A DNA stretch of 64,000 nt from the IMG/VR virus record IMGVR_UViG_3300045049_000286, positions 43,981 to 107,980 of that record, one strand, 5' to 3'. This document shows, in pieces, positions 1 through 8,950 of this stretch. The position numbers and the translations under genes are program-made. A model generated the notes under the pieces. It did no database searches. It was not told the origin of the DNA and was given only the letters and a program-made list of their open reading frames with translations. Numbering within the stretch: position 1 is the stretch's first letter; every line of letters starts with the position of its first letter. Source of the stretch: a virus.

Positions 1-50
1 GCGGTGATCGTGTTGTCCTCGCCGATGACGGCCTTCATGACCACGTACAT
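1..50 (-). CDS. hypothetical protein, 5' part (runs off window)
   Basis: ATG at 50 overlaps stop of preceding gene; MYVVMKAVIGEDNTIT with high GC3. Confidence 0.55.
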   Translation of the reverse strand, partial: MYVVMKAVIGEDNTIT

Positions 51-340
51 CAGGGGTTCATTCCCTTCTCCAGGCGACGGTAGAAGTCGCGCAGCTCTTC
101 CTCGGCCGCGTTCTGCGCCCGCTGCGTGGCCGTGTGGCCGGCTCCGTCGGGGCTGCAGCGCACACCGTCCGGGGTGGTGCGGCTGCTGGGGAACAGGACG
201 AACAGCCGGACGTCGGTGGGTTCGTCGAACGGCTCCCTCGGCTTGCCGATGCGGAACAGTTCAAGGTCACCGACGGTTCCGATCGTGACGCCGCTCTTGT
301 TCACGGCCCAGGTGATCTTGGGTGCCGGGCGGGGGCTCAA
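50..340 (-). CDS. hypothetical protein
   Basis: ORF in leftward gene chain, overlapping stop/start. Confidence 0.7.
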   Translation of the reverse strand: MSPRPAPKITWAVNKSGVTIGTVGDLELFRIGKPREPFDEPTDVRLFVLFPSSRTTPDGVRCSPDGAGHTATQRAQNAAEEELRDFYRRLEKGMNP

Positions 341-642
341 TCTACGCTCTCCTTCTTCTCTCGAAGCGGGATGTACATGCGGCGTCCATCGACGATGACC
401 TTGCGGGTGAAGCCGGTCATGTGGGCGCCGTTTTCGACGTCGGGGACGATACCGCCGGCCGAGGCGAAGCGGTCGTTGATCGCCTCGGCCGCCTCATCGG
501 CCTCACTCCAGTCCTCGTAGACGACGCCGCAGTGCTGGGTGATCTTGGCGCGCAGCACGGCCCCGGTGAAGGCGACCGCGACGACGCAGCCGGGGACGTT
601 CTCGTGCTCGGCGAGGGTGTAGTACGAGGGCCTCTCGGCCAT
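337..642 (-). CDS. hypothetical protein
   Basis: GGAGG RBS before ATG 642 (MAERPSYY), high GC3. Confidence 0.75.
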   Translation of the reverse strand: MAERPSYYTLAEHENVPGCVVAVAFTGAVLRAKITQHCGVVYEDWSEADEAAEAINDRFASAGGIVPDVENGAHMTGFTRKVIVDGRRMYIPLREKKESVD

Positions 643-679
643 CGGCTGGCCTCCGTTTCTGTTGCGTCCTTGCGGTCCG

Positions 680-1414
680 CTAGAAGCGGATGTGCCGCTC
701 GAACGCGGCCGGCACCAGGTAGGGCAGGCTCGCGTGGGCGGCGGCGCGGTGCTCGTCGCACAGGCCGCCCTCGGCGATGTCACCGCAGCGCTGGACGCCG
801 TCGGCGTCGCCGGTGACCCAGGTGCAGTTCCCGTCCTCGGCCAGCGTCCAGATCTCCTCGAACCGAGCCTGGGTCAACGGCTTCTCGGTCCACCACTTCG
901 GAGTGTGCTTCGTGCTGGCGAACTTCGGGTCGAACTCCTCCCCGTCCTCGGCCGTCAGTCCGTGCCAGCCGTACTCCATCGAGCCATCCGGGTAGACCAG
1001 GACGCGCCGCCGCTCCTCCTGGTCGTCCTTGCGCTCGTTCTCGATGTACACCTCGACGGGGTAGCCGAGCTGCGGGGTGTCGCGGACGAAGTGGCGCCAG
1101 ACGCCGGGGAAGCCGCCTGCCTTCTCGATGCGCTTGCACTCCATGTACTCGTCGAACTGCGCGGCGGTGATGTCGCCCCAGTTCATCGTCTGGCCGATGG
1201 TGCGCCGGCACTCCTCCTCGGTGGCGACGCTGATGAGTTGGCCCTCAGCGTCCTTGTACATCAGCCCGTAGAGGTCCTCGATTGCTGCGACGCGGCGCTG
1301 CAGCTCGGGCCAGTTGTCCTCGGTGACGTGGCGCATCTGGACGTGCGCGGCGACGGCCGGGAAGACGATGGGGTACTCGCCGATGTTCGGCATGAGGTTG
1401 AAGGTCTCGGTCAT
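680..1414 (-). CDS. hypothetical protein, C-terminal Cys/His cluster
   Basis: 244 aa ORF, GAGGAG RBS, high GC3. Confidence 0.8.
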   Translation of the reverse strand: MTETFNLMPNIGEYPIVFPAVAAHVQMRHVTEDNWPELQRRVAAIEDLYGLMYKDAEGQLISVATEEECRRTIGQTMNWGDITAAQFDEYMECKRIEKAGGFPGVWRHFVRDTPQLGYPVEVYIENERKDDQEERRRVLVYPDGSMEYGWHGLTAEDGEEFDPKFASTKHTPKWWTEKPLTQARFEEIWTLAEDGNCTWVTGDADGVQRCGDIAEGGLCDEHRAAAHASLPYLVPAAFERHIRF

Positions 1415-1416
1415 GA

Positions 1417-1734
1417 TCAGTTCTCCTCGGGCAGTAGGCCGTGCTCGGTGAGGTACTGGCGGTCGGCGGTGTTCTGGTTGAGCTTGGTCTGGTAGGTGCT
1501 GGTCGCGCCGGTGGCGGCGTGCCGTTGGATGGCGGCTTGGACGAGATTGCCGAGGGCGTCCCAGGCGTCGTGCTCCATCTCGAAGGGGCGGCAGTCCATG
1601 GTGGAGATCCGGCGGAAGAGGTCGGCTGCGGTGACGAGGTCCTTCACTTCCGGCGAGGGGTCGGGCAGGAAGTGGTGGGCTACGCCCCAGGGCTTGTCGT
1701 GCAGCTCGCTGGACATCACGGTCTTGATCTTCAT
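1417..1734 (-). CDS. hypothetical protein
   Basis: 105 aa ORF, high GC3. Confidence 0.75.
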   Translation of the reverse strand: MKIKTVMSSELHDKPWGVAHHFLPDPSPEVKDLVTAADLFRRISTMDCRPFEMEHDAWDALGNLVQAAIQRHAATGATSTYQTKLNQNTADRQYLTEHGLLPEEN

Positions 1735-2038
1735 CCCCAGATCACCCCGGCTTCGTGGCGGTTGAAGGAGTCCATGTAGAAGTGGTGGTGCTCGGAGGAG
1801 CCGGCGTCCTTGGCCTTCTTGGGTGGGCGTTCTGCCAGTCGTAGACGCCCTCGGCGATGCCGTTGCGCTTGTCGGCGAGCTGCCACGGGGAACGTGCGCC
1901 GCAGGTGCGGTAGATGCTCGACATGTACGTGCCGGTCTTCTCGGGGAAGGCGATGGAGCCGCCCGTACCGGGCGGGGTCTCCAGGTTGGTTCCGTGCTCG
2001 TTGGGCATGCGCCTCATCCTTGCATCACTGGCCGACAA
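1731..2038 (-). pseudogene. hypothetical gene with one-base frameshift near 1821
   Basis: After ...WQNAH the high-GC3 frame switches to KKAKDAGSSEHHHFYMDSFNRHEAGVIWG*, whose TGA overlaps the next ATG (ATGA). Confidence 0.6.
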
Positions 2039-2100
2039 TGGCGGCTGACTTGCGCTTATCCGTTTTTTGTGCGGAATTCTCAGGGCCTATCCGGCCTCGG

Positions 2101-2445
2101 TCAGTAGTCCTGGACGTACACCACGAAGGGGTGCCGGGCGTTGGGCCCCTCGGCGGGGCGCAGGCGGTAGATCTGGTCGGGCTTCTCGCTGGGCTGGGGC
2201 GCGCCATCGGCCGCGCCGCGTTTCCACACGAGCATGAGGGCGGCGCCGGTGGCGTCGGGCCAGGTCTCGCGGCGGCGGTGCTCATCGCGGGTGAGCTTGG
2301 GGACGCCCTGCTCGAACAGGACGCCCTCCTTCTCTACCGCGCGCCGACGCAGGACGCGGTGGGCGACCTCGACGCTGGGGAACTCCTCGATCGGCCGCAC
2401 GACCGGAACGTTGCCGGGGCGTGGGTGGAACTGGGCGTAGATCAC
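2101..2445 (-). CDS. hypothetical protein
   Basis: AGGAGG RBS before GTG 2445. Confidence 0.75.
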   Translation of the reverse strand: MIYAQFHPRPGNVPVVRPIEEFPSVEVAHRVLRRRAVEKEGVLFEQGVPKLTRDEHRRRETWPDATGAALMLVWKRGAADGAPQPSEKPDQIYRLRPAEGPNARHPFVVYVQDY

Positions 2446-2482
2446 GGCGCTGCCTCCTGTCGGGGTCCTGCGGTGGAAATGA

Positions 2483-2512
2483 CGAAAGCCCCCACCTGGG
2501 CGGGGGCTTTCG
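2483..2512 (-). terminator. intrinsic terminator-like hairpin
   Basis: CGAAAGCCCCC...GGGGGCTTTCG inverted repeat just after stop at 2525. Confidence 0.7.
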
Positions 2513-2524
2513 CGGGCGCGGTGG

Positions 2525-2848
2525 CTATTGCTTGACCGGGGTGACCGGGACGTAGGTGCCGACGCTGCACGACGCGACACCGCTGGCGGAGATCACTGGG
2601 GAGGTGACGGTGTCGACGTAGTTGATGTTGACGTACGGCCCGCTGTTGTAGCTGCTGGACACGCACACGCCGAGCGCGGCCGGGGTGCTGTCCTTGGGCG
2701 CCGGCGCGGCGTCGCCCTGCGGACCTCGGGGGCCGGCGACTCCCCTTGCGCCCTGCACGCCACGGGGGCCGGCGTGGGTGAGAGAGACGGTGAGCGATGC
2801 GGCAGACAAGGCCACCGCGACGGCGGCGAGGCTTATGAGGGCCTTCAT
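2525..2848 (-). CDS. small secreted/membrane protein with short collagen-like Gly-X-Y run
   Basis: Hydrophobic N-terminus then GPRGVQGARGVAGPRGPQGDA. Confidence 0.75.
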   Translation of the reverse strand: MKALISLAAVAVALSAASLTVSLTHAGPRGVQGARGVAGPRGPQGDAAPAPKDSTPAALGVCVSSSYNSGPYVNINYVDTVTSPVISASGVASCSVGTYVPVTPVKQ

Positions 2849-2935
2849 GAATGCTCCGTGGAGAGGCGGTGAGGTGAATGTGCGTGGATGTTATCGGGTG
2901 AGCGGGGAAATGCGCCGCCGTTCCTTGGCGATGGG

Positions 2936-3586
2936 TCAGGACTGCTGCGTGGCCGTGGTGAGGTCGATGTGCTCCATCCAGCGGCGGTGCCAGGTGGTGG
3001 ACTCGCGGCTCATGATGTTCGCGGCCCACATGCGGACGACGTCGGCGGTGAAGGCGGCGCCGCCGGTGTCGGCGTCCTCGGAGTACTTCGCGGCGATGCT
3101 GGTGATGGACCAGGCGCGGGTGGTGGGCTCGTACTTGGCGACGCCCAGGGTCCTGCCGTTGACCTCGACGTTGAAAAGGCGCTCGTTGGTCCAGGGGTCC
3201 GGGTTGGGGCTGGGGACCAGGTCGATGCCGGCCAGGTGCTGGGAGGGGGTGGGCAAGATGGTGTCGCCGTACCAGTCGTGGCCCCGGATGTCGATGACGC
3301 ACACCGCCTGGTCGGCGTGCTTGGGGTCGAACACGCCCGGGATGCCGCCCTTGGCGGCGAGGTGGCTCGGGTCGAGCGGGTCGGACATGTCGGGGCTGAT
3401 GAAGCGGGACGCGACCTCGGCGACGGCGGCGGTCCAGGCGCGCAGCCAGGCGGTCTGGAAGTCCTCGCCGTCGGCGGTGACAGCGAACTCCAGCCGGTTG
3501 TTGTTGTGGGGGCGGGCGAACACGAAGATCCACGAGGGGTGCGCGTCGACCTTGAAGTCGAGCTGCTCGGGCTGGGCGTTGCTCAT
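2936..3586 (-). CDS. hypothetical protein
   Basis: AAAGGAG RBS, 216 aa. Confidence 0.8.
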   Translation of the reverse strand: MSNAQPEQLDFKVDAHPSWIFVFARPHNNNRLEFAVTADGEDFQTAWLRAWTAAVAEVASRFISPDMSDPLDPSHLAAKGGIPGVFDPKHADQAVCVIDIRGHDWYGDTILPTPSQHLAGIDLVPSPNPDPWTNERLFNVEVNGRTLGVAKYEPTTRAWSITSIAAKYSEDADTGGAAFTADVVRMWAANIMSRESTTWHRRWMEHIDLTTATQQS

Positions 3587-3608
3587 GGTGCTCTCCTTTG
3601 AAAGGGGA

Positions 3609-3662
3609 CTGGACGTACACGGCCCCCCACCCCCGGGATGCTTGCGGGGATGGAGGGCCGTG
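3609..3662 (-). promoter_or_regulatory. intergenic hairpin plus GTGTACGTCCAG element, copy 1
   Basis: Long G-U-containing stem followed by a 12-nt motif shared with 3921-3967. Confidence 0.6.
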
Positions 3663-3672
3663 AGCGTGCAGG

Positions 3673-3897
3673 TCAGCTCGGCGTCGGCTTGGCGGTGACG
3701 GGGGTGATGATGGGGCGGGTGAAGTCGAACTCCATGTCGTCCGTCTCCTGCGGGTGGATGAGGTTGTGGTAGACCTCGTGCGCCAAGCCGCGCGCGCCGC
3801 GCGGGATGTCGAAGGAGACCTCGACCTCGATGACCTGGGTGTCGTCGCCGCGCACGGGGAAGCCGACGTTGTAGGTGCCGGGCTCAAGCATCTGCAT
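3673..3897 (-). CDS. hypothetical protein
   Basis: GGGAG RBS, MQMLEPG start. Confidence 0.7.
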   Translation of the reverse strand: MQMLEPGTYNVGFPVRGDDTQVIEVEVSFDIPRGARGLAHEVYHNLIHPQETDDMEFDFTRPIITPVTAKPTPS

Positions 3898-3920
3898 GGT
3901 GGTGCTCCCATTGGTGTGGT

Positions 3921-3967
3921 CTGGACGTACACGGGGCCCCACCCCGAGAAGGGATGGAGCCCCGGTG
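3921..3967 (-). promoter_or_regulatory. intergenic hairpin plus GTGTACGTCCAG element, copy 2
   Basis: Same architecture as 3609-3662 with different stem sequence. Confidence 0.6.
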
Positions 3968-3977
3968 CGCGAGCAGA

Positions 3978-4376
3978 TCAGAGGTGGACCGTCTCACCGT
4001 TGATCATGGTGAGCCCCGCGCCGCCCTCGTACTGGAGGACCGCGATGTTGGCCGCGTTGCAGTAGTCGGTGTCCTCGGCGGGGAGGTCGTGGCCGAGGTG
4101 GAGGAAGCGGCCCTCCCAGGCCCGGACCTGCTGGGTGGCCTGCTCCCAGGTCTCAGCGGTGACGGTGAACGTCGCCACCATCTTGGCCTGGAATGTGTAG
4201 GTCTGCTGTGCCACGGTCTTCTTCTTCTCCTCGGGTGGTTGGTGCTTGATGGGCACCCAGTCACGGGGGTGCCAGGAGATGCAGTGGATGCCGCTCCAGT
4301 CGTCCTCGACGGTGAGGCCGTTGGTGAACAGCCGCGCGCCGCAGCGGGTGCAGTCTCCGAGCGGCTTCCAGGTCAT
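3978..4376 (-). CDS. hypothetical protein (alternative start GTG 4214)
   Basis: ATGA overlap with upstream gene; N-terminal CxxC. Confidence 0.7.
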   Translation of the reverse strand: MTWKPLGDCTRCGARLFTNGLTVEDDWSGIHCISWHPRDWVPIKHQPPEEKKKTVAQQTYTFQAKMVATFTVTAETWEQATQQVRAWEGRFLHLGHDLPAEDTDYCNAANIAVLQYEGGAGLTMINGETVHL

Positions 4377-4738
4377 GATTCGGGCCGGATGCAGTAGGCC
4401 CAGTCCTTCGGGCTGCACTTGTCGCCGCGATCCAAAGCCCACGGCCGCAGTTCGCGACCGCAGCGCGGGCAGGTCTTCACGACGGTGGTGGTGCCGGTCA
4501 GGGCGTCGCTGGTGCGCTGGACCATCGGCATGAGCGCGTCGATGTCGGCCATGGTCAGGTCGACCTCGTGACTGGCTTCAAGGCCGTCGCCGTCAGGCAC
4601 GAAGTGCTGGACGACCAGGAGGTCGGCGGCGTCGAGCTGCATCAGGCTGAGCCGTCCCGTCGGGGTGCCGGTGAGGACGGCGTGGACGAGGACCTCGATG
4701 CGGCCGTTCTCGTCGCAGTGGTCGATGGTGCAGGCCAT
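4373..4738 (-). CDS. hypothetical protein with C-terminal Cys cluster
   Basis: AAGGAG RBS; CPRC...C...C. Confidence 0.75.
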   Translation of the reverse strand: MACTIDHCDENGRIEVLVHAVLTGTPTGRLSLMQLDAADLLVVQHFVPDGDGLEASHEVDLTMADIDALMPMVQRTSDALTGTTTVVKTCPRCGRELRPWALDRGDKCSPKDWAYCIRPES

Positions 4739-4740
4739 GG

Positions 4741-5340
4741 TCAGCTCTCCTTGTCGATGCGGACGTACGGGTGGTGGGCGTTGGCGGTGTAGCGCAGGTG
4801 CACCCAGCGGTCGTCGAGGTCGGCCGGCGTCTCGGTGGTGAAGAACGACGTCTCCCAGTGCTGCCCGTCCTCGGCATGCCGGCTCTCGCGGATCGAGCCG
4901 GTGACCTTGTAGGCGTCGTTGTCGGTCGCGGCCTGGATCGCGAAGTGCCGGGAGACGCCGTCGGCGCGGGTCAAGGTGGCGTAGTAGGTCCGCAGCGGCA
5001 TGGTGCCTTCGGCGTTGAGGATGATCCGCTGGTCGACCCAGCCGCCGGTGTGGTGCCGCTGGTGCTGGAGTGGTGCGGTCACGCAGTCGCCGGTGAACAC
5101 GAACTCGATCCGGAAGATCGGGTCGCCGCCGTCGTCGCCGAACACGCCGTCCGGGTGGAGGTTCTCGATGTCGAACTCGTCCCAGTCGCCGTCGTCGCGA
5201 AGTCCCTGCTTGGCGACCGGCAACAGGGACTTGGCGACCAGGCGGCACGCGTCCTCGTAGGTGGGGGCGGTGACGACGTAGACGTAAGAGCCGTCCCAGT
5301 AGGAGCTGTCCGGCTGGATGCACAGGGTGAAGGTGTTCAC
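4741..5340 (-). CDS. hypothetical protein
   Basis: AAGGAG RBS before GTG 5340. Confidence 0.75.
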   Translation of the reverse strand: MNTFTLCIQPDSSYWDGSYVYVVTAPTYEDACRLVAKSLLPVAKQGLRDDGDWDEFDIENLHPDGVFGDDGGDPIFRIEFVFTGDCVTAPLQHQRHHTGGWVDQRIILNAEGTMPLRTYYATLTRADGVSRHFAIQAATDNDAYKVTGSIRESRHAEDGQHWETSFFTTETPADLDDRWVHLRYTANAHHPYVRIDKES

Positions 5341-5342
5341 GG

Positions 5343-5732
5343 TCAGCTCTCCTTGGTGGTGTCTGTGGGCACCCAGCGCCCGTCCTTGTAGGTCGCTCCG
5401 GCCGCGAGCCGTCGGGCGAACTCGACGCTTGCGGCGGGGTAGTCCTCGGGGTCGATCGGCGTGTAGTAGATGCCGTTGATCTCGTGCTCGGGGATCGAGG
5501 AGCACCCGCGCCCGGTGATCTCGCCGAACGCGTCGGATGCCCAGAAGTCGTAGCCGCCGGGGTTGTGGCCGTTGATCTTGCCTCGGGGCTCGCCGATCAG
5601 GCCCCACGAGGTCCAGCCCTTCGGCATGTAGTGCATCTTGACCCACATGCCGGTGGTGAGCTGCTCATGGGGAATGCGGTCGTCGGGCATGTCGTAGTTC
5701 GGCATGATGGGCGGAATCCTGCGCTGCGGCAT
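5343..5732 (-). CDS. hypothetical protein
   Basis: 129 aa ORF with RBS. Confidence 0.75.
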   Translation of the reverse strand: MPQRRIPPIMPNYDMPDDRIPHEQLTTGMWVKMHYMPKGWTSWGLIGEPRGKINGHNPGGYDFWASDAFGEITGRGCSSIPEHEINGIYYTPIDPEDYPAASVEFARRLAAGATYKDGRWVPTDTTKES

Positions 5733-5745
5733 GGTGGGTTCTCCT

Positions 5746-6048
5746 CTACTCGACGCGGGTGCCGTCGCCGTACACGACCGGCATGGGCTCGCAGGTGGCG
5801 TTGTTCTTCGCGGCGAACTGGTTCAGAAGCCGCACGATCATCTGGTGCTGCTCGTCAGCTGGGTCGATCTCGGTGCTGCACTCCTTGCACGTCACCGAGA
5901 ACTTCTCGTTGAACAGGCCGTCGAAGACCAGCTCGGGCGGGGGCGGCGTGTCCGTCTCGGACAGCGGCTCGTAGGTCTCGACGGTGAACATCGCGCCGAC
6001 GTTGACGTCGAAGGCGGTGTTGGTGCACTCGGGGTTGGTGCAGCGCAT
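5746..6048 (-). CDS. hypothetical zinc-ribbon-like protein
   Basis: CxxxxC...CxxC, AAGGAG RBS. Confidence 0.75.
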   Translation of the reverse strand: MRCTNPECTNTAFDVNVGAMFTVETYEPLSETDTPPPPELVFDGLFNEKFSVTCKECSTEIDPADEQHQMIVRLLNQFAAKNNATCEPMPVVYGDGTRVE

Positions 6049-6050
6049 GG

Positions 6051-6590
6051 TCAGTTCTCCTTGTTCTCGATGGCGCCCAGGCAGTCGTCGTCGTGGTAGG
6101 TGTAGTCGTGGACGGACTCCACCTGCGCTTGGTAGGCGTCGGCCACGGCGGGCGGCATGTCGGCGTCCCAGCCGGGGGCGAGCTGCTCAAGGAACCAGTC
6201 GCAGCCGCTGCCGGAGCGGCCGGGGTCGATGTCGTGCTGGTTGAAGCTGTCGACCTGCACGCCGTTGACGAAGAGCGTGCAGGTGGTGTCGCCGTCCGGG
6301 TCGCGGTTGACGATCAGGTCGTAGCGAGGGGGGTTCTTGGCGTCGAACACGTCGGTGTCGTTGATGCTGACGCGGAGGTTGACCAACTCGTGGTCGGGGT
6401 TCCCGAAGTGCAGTTCCTCGGGCCACGCCTCTTCCAGCTCGATGGTGACCTGGTAGCGCGGCTCGGGGTCATCGGTGACGTAGGCGAACACGCGGTCGCC
6501 GTTCGGCATCATCAGGCGGGGCAGGGGCGTTGCCGCGCTGCCCTTGAGCGCTCGGATCGTGCGGTTGAACTGACGGGCGTCGAAGCTCAC
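6051..6590 (-). CDS. hypothetical protein
   Basis: GGAGG RBS, 179 aa. Confidence 0.8.
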   Translation of the reverse strand: MSFDARQFNRTIRALKGSAATPLPRLMMPNGDRVFAYVTDDPEPRYQVTIELEEAWPEELHFGNPDHELVNLRVSINDTDVFDAKNPPRYDLIVNRDPDGDTTCTLFVNGVQVDSFNQHDIDPGRSGSGCDWFLEQLAPGWDADMPPAVADAYQAQVESVHDYTYHDDDCLGAIENKEN

Positions 6591-6696
6591 GGGAATGCCT
6601 CCAGTAAATGCGGATGGGCAGCCCCGACATTCTGGGACTGCCCTGCGTCGAAAATGCGTGACCGTGCGGCCGGCGGAACGGCCGGCGTGTCGGCGG

Positions 6697-7227
6697 TCAG
6701 GTGGTCGGCTGGTTGGCCCAGTGCTCCAGGTAGCCGCGTGCGAGGTCGCTGGAGGGGAAGCCGCCGTAGCCGATGATGTCGAGGCCGTCGGTGGACAGGA
6801 CCGCCGCGAGGACGTCGAGACCGCCCTGCACGCGGGCCTCCGCCGCCTGGTAGAACCTTGTGCGCAGCGGGTGCTCGGTGGTCTTCTTGGCCCGCTCCCA
6901 CGCCTCGTCGTGGTCCTTCATGAGCTGGGCCACGCGGCGCAGCGCGGCTTGGGCGGTCGGGGAGGGCTGGTAGCTGATTGTGGTTGCGTCCTTGCGCAGG
7001 CCGGGGATGGCCGTGGTGCGCAGGCGCTCGCCGTTCTGCGAGACGACTCTGCCGTCCTCGTACCGGACGTCGTACCAGCCCTCGAAGTACGGGCCGCCGG
7101 GGTCGGTGGAGCGGCCCCGGGTGAACTGCTCGGGGTCGATGATGCCCCATCGGGCTTCGTTGGTCATGACCCACATGCCGGGCCTGATCACGACTCCGTC
7201 GGACGTGCGGTGCTCGGTGGGCTTCAC
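6697..7227 (-). CDS. hypothetical protein, N-domain paralogous to 7224-7493
   Basis: HRTSDGVVIRPGMWVMTNEARWG...PGGPYFEG. Confidence 0.8.
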   Translation of the reverse strand: MKPTEHRTSDGVVIRPGMWVMTNEARWGIIDPEQFTRGRSTDPGGPYFEGWYDVRYEDGRVVSQNGERLRTTAIPGLRKDATTISYQPSPTAQAALRRVAQLMKDHDEAWERAKKTTEHPLRTRFYQAAEARVQGGLDVLAAVLSTDGLDIIGYGGFPSSDLARGYLEHWANQPTT

Positions 7228-7493
7228 TGGTTCACCTGCTCGTGTGTGGTTTCGGTGGTGGTCATGTCGACGCCCAGGCACATGCGGTGGCGGCGGAAGA
7301 GGCCGATGCGGTGGTCGAGTCGGACCTCGAACCGGCCGTTGAAGTAGGGGCCGCCGGGCTCGGCCAGCGGCATGACCCGGGAGAATTGGCCCGGGGTCAC
7401 GGTCCCCCACCCGTGCTCGGTGTGGACGCGCAGACCGGGGGTGATCTTGACGCCGTCGCGGGTGGTGTGAAGTGGGTTGACCGGCGCTCGCAT
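7224..7493 (-). CDS. hypothetical protein, paralogous to 6697-7227
   Basis: HTTRDGVKITPGLRVHTEHGWG...PGGPYFNG; GGAGG RBS. Confidence 0.8.
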   Translation of the reverse strand: MRAPVNPLHTTRDGVKITPGLRVHTEHGWGTVTPGQFSRVMPLAEPGGPYFNGRFEVRLDHRIGLFRRHRMCLGVDMTTTETTHEQVNQ

Positions 7494-7520
7494 CACGCCT
7501 CCTTCCGTCTTGCGGGCATG

Positions 7521-7566
7521 AAAAAGCCCCGCACCGGTCTCGATGCGGGGTCGGGCGTGCGGGGCC
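7521..7566 (-). terminator. intrinsic terminator
   Basis: GCCCCGCAC...GTGCGGGGC stem followed by TTTTT on minus strand. Confidence 0.7.
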
Positions 7567-7569
7567 GAG

Positions 7570-7920
7570 TCAGGCGAGCTTGGCTGCCTTCTGGCTGTCG
7601 GGGTGGTGGATCGCGTCGCGACCTTCGAGGGCGATGGACTGCCAGATGAGCTTCTCAACGCCGTCGCGGTGCTTGGCGGCGCCGAGCGGCTTGGGCTCGT
7701 ACGGTTCCTCCTGGTCCCAGCGGCGGAACCACAGGCGGCCCACGATGTAGCCGCTGTCGCCGAACCGCACGTCGAACTTGGCATCGTTGTTCATGACCCG
7801 CTGGCCGACAACCCAGTGGAAGTCGTCCTCGGGGTCCTGCTCCCACACCAGCTCCATGTCGGTGCGCTCCTGCACGACAGCGGCCAGCGCCCGCGTCGCG
7901 TCCTGGTTGACGTCGCTCAC
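7570..7920 (-). CDS. hypothetical protein
   Basis: GTGA overlap, AAGGAG RBS. Confidence 0.75.
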   Translation of the reverse strand: MSDVNQDATRALAAVVQERTDMELVWEQDPEDDFHWVVGQRVMNNDAKFDVRFGDSGYIVGRLWFRRWDQEEPYEPKPLGAAKHRDGVEKLIWQSIALEGRDAIHHPDSQKAAKLA

Positions 7921-8366
7921 GCGCTCTCCTTCATGTCGAACCAGTAGACGGAGATGTGGTCGCCGAAGCCGTTGTCGGAGTCGGCGGAGTCCACGTACAG
8001 CGAGTCGCCGACGGCCATCTTCTTGACCTCCGACAGGCCCTGGTCGTTGAGCCACTCCATCGGGATCTCGTTCCGGCCGCCGCAGTGGTCGTCCAGCCAC
8101 TCCTGGATCACGTCGCCCCAGCCGTCGTCGATTCGGCTGGTGTTGTACATGCCGACGACCTCGGCGAACTGGAGGGTGTCGATCTCGTTGATGTTGTGGT
8201 GCTTGAACGCGGCCAGGACGCACGCGTGGACCGCGTTGTCGTCGCGGTCCACGTGGGTGTACGCCTCGACCAGGGCCTCCTGGATCGGCGGGATGTCGAT
8301 GTCGTCCCAGCCGTTCGCGTCGCAGTCCTCCAGCGCCTGCATCCACTCGTCGAGTGTGTACGTCAT
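7917..8366 (-). CDS. acidic hypothetical protein
   Basis: MTYTLDEW start, ATGA overlap, Asp/Glu-rich. Confidence 0.75.
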   Translation of the reverse strand: MTYTLDEWMQALEDCDANGWDDIDIPPIQEALVEAYTHVDRDDNAVHACVLAAFKHHNINEIDTLQFAEVVGMYNTSRIDDGWGDVIQEWLDDHCGGRNEIPMEWLNDQGLSEVKKMAVGDSLYVDSADSDNGFGDHISVYWFDMKESA

Positions 8367-8611
8367 CCCTCGGTCTCCTTGTAGTCGTCGCTGTCGTAGA
8401 CGACGTTCTCGGTCATCACGTGCACGGCGACCACCCGGGCGCCCTGCTCCTCGGCCCACCGCTCGGTGCGCGGCTGCCAGTTGTCGGTGAGCGCGAACTC
8501 GTCGAACGGGCCATCGGCCGTGCGGCGCCGGAGGATGACGAACTGCTTGTCCGTGTAGTCGATGGCCTCGTTGACCGTGGGGGTGACTTCGAGGTCGCTG
8601 AGCTTCTTCAC
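8363..8611 (-). CDS. hypothetical protein
   Basis: 82 aa ORF in chain. Confidence 0.7.
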   Translation of the reverse strand: MKKLSDLEVTPTVNEAIDYTDKQFVILRRRTADGPFDEFALTDNWQPRTERWAEEQGARVVAVHVMTENVVYDSDDYKETEG

Positions 8612-8623
8612 TGTGGCTGGCTC

Positions 8624-8911
8624 CTACATGTTGGCGCGGGTGTCGGCGCCCTCGCGCCGGGCCCACGCGCGCAGCTCGTCCTTGACGTACTGCTCGGGGT
8701 CGTCCTCGTCGACCTCGTCGCCGGTGGTGTTGATGACCGAGACGGAGGGGAAGTCGCCGGTGTTCTCCCCGGCCGCGTCCAGGCGCGCGCCCTCCTCAGC
8801 GGCGAAGACGTCGATGTACTCGCCGCCGTGCCAGGTGGCCCACCATCCTGCGGCCTCCACGACGATCGGCTCGTCGAGCTTGAGCCAGGTGTCTCCGCCG
8901 AGCTTGATCAT
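8624..8911 (-). CDS. hypothetical protein
   Basis: AAGGAG RBS, 95 aa. Confidence 0.75.
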   Translation of the reverse strand: MIKLGGDTWLKLDEPIVVEAAGWWATWHGGEYIDVFAAEEGARLDAAGENTGDFPSVSVINTTGDEVDEDDPEQYVKDELRAWARREGADTRANM

Positions 8912-8950
8912 GCTTTCTCCTTATGCACGGGTTGTGGTTGGGTCCTTGAG

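Noticed and set aside
2110-2121. Third copy of CTGGACGTACAC
   Set aside because: Lies within coding sequence and lacks the accompanying hairpin; may be chance
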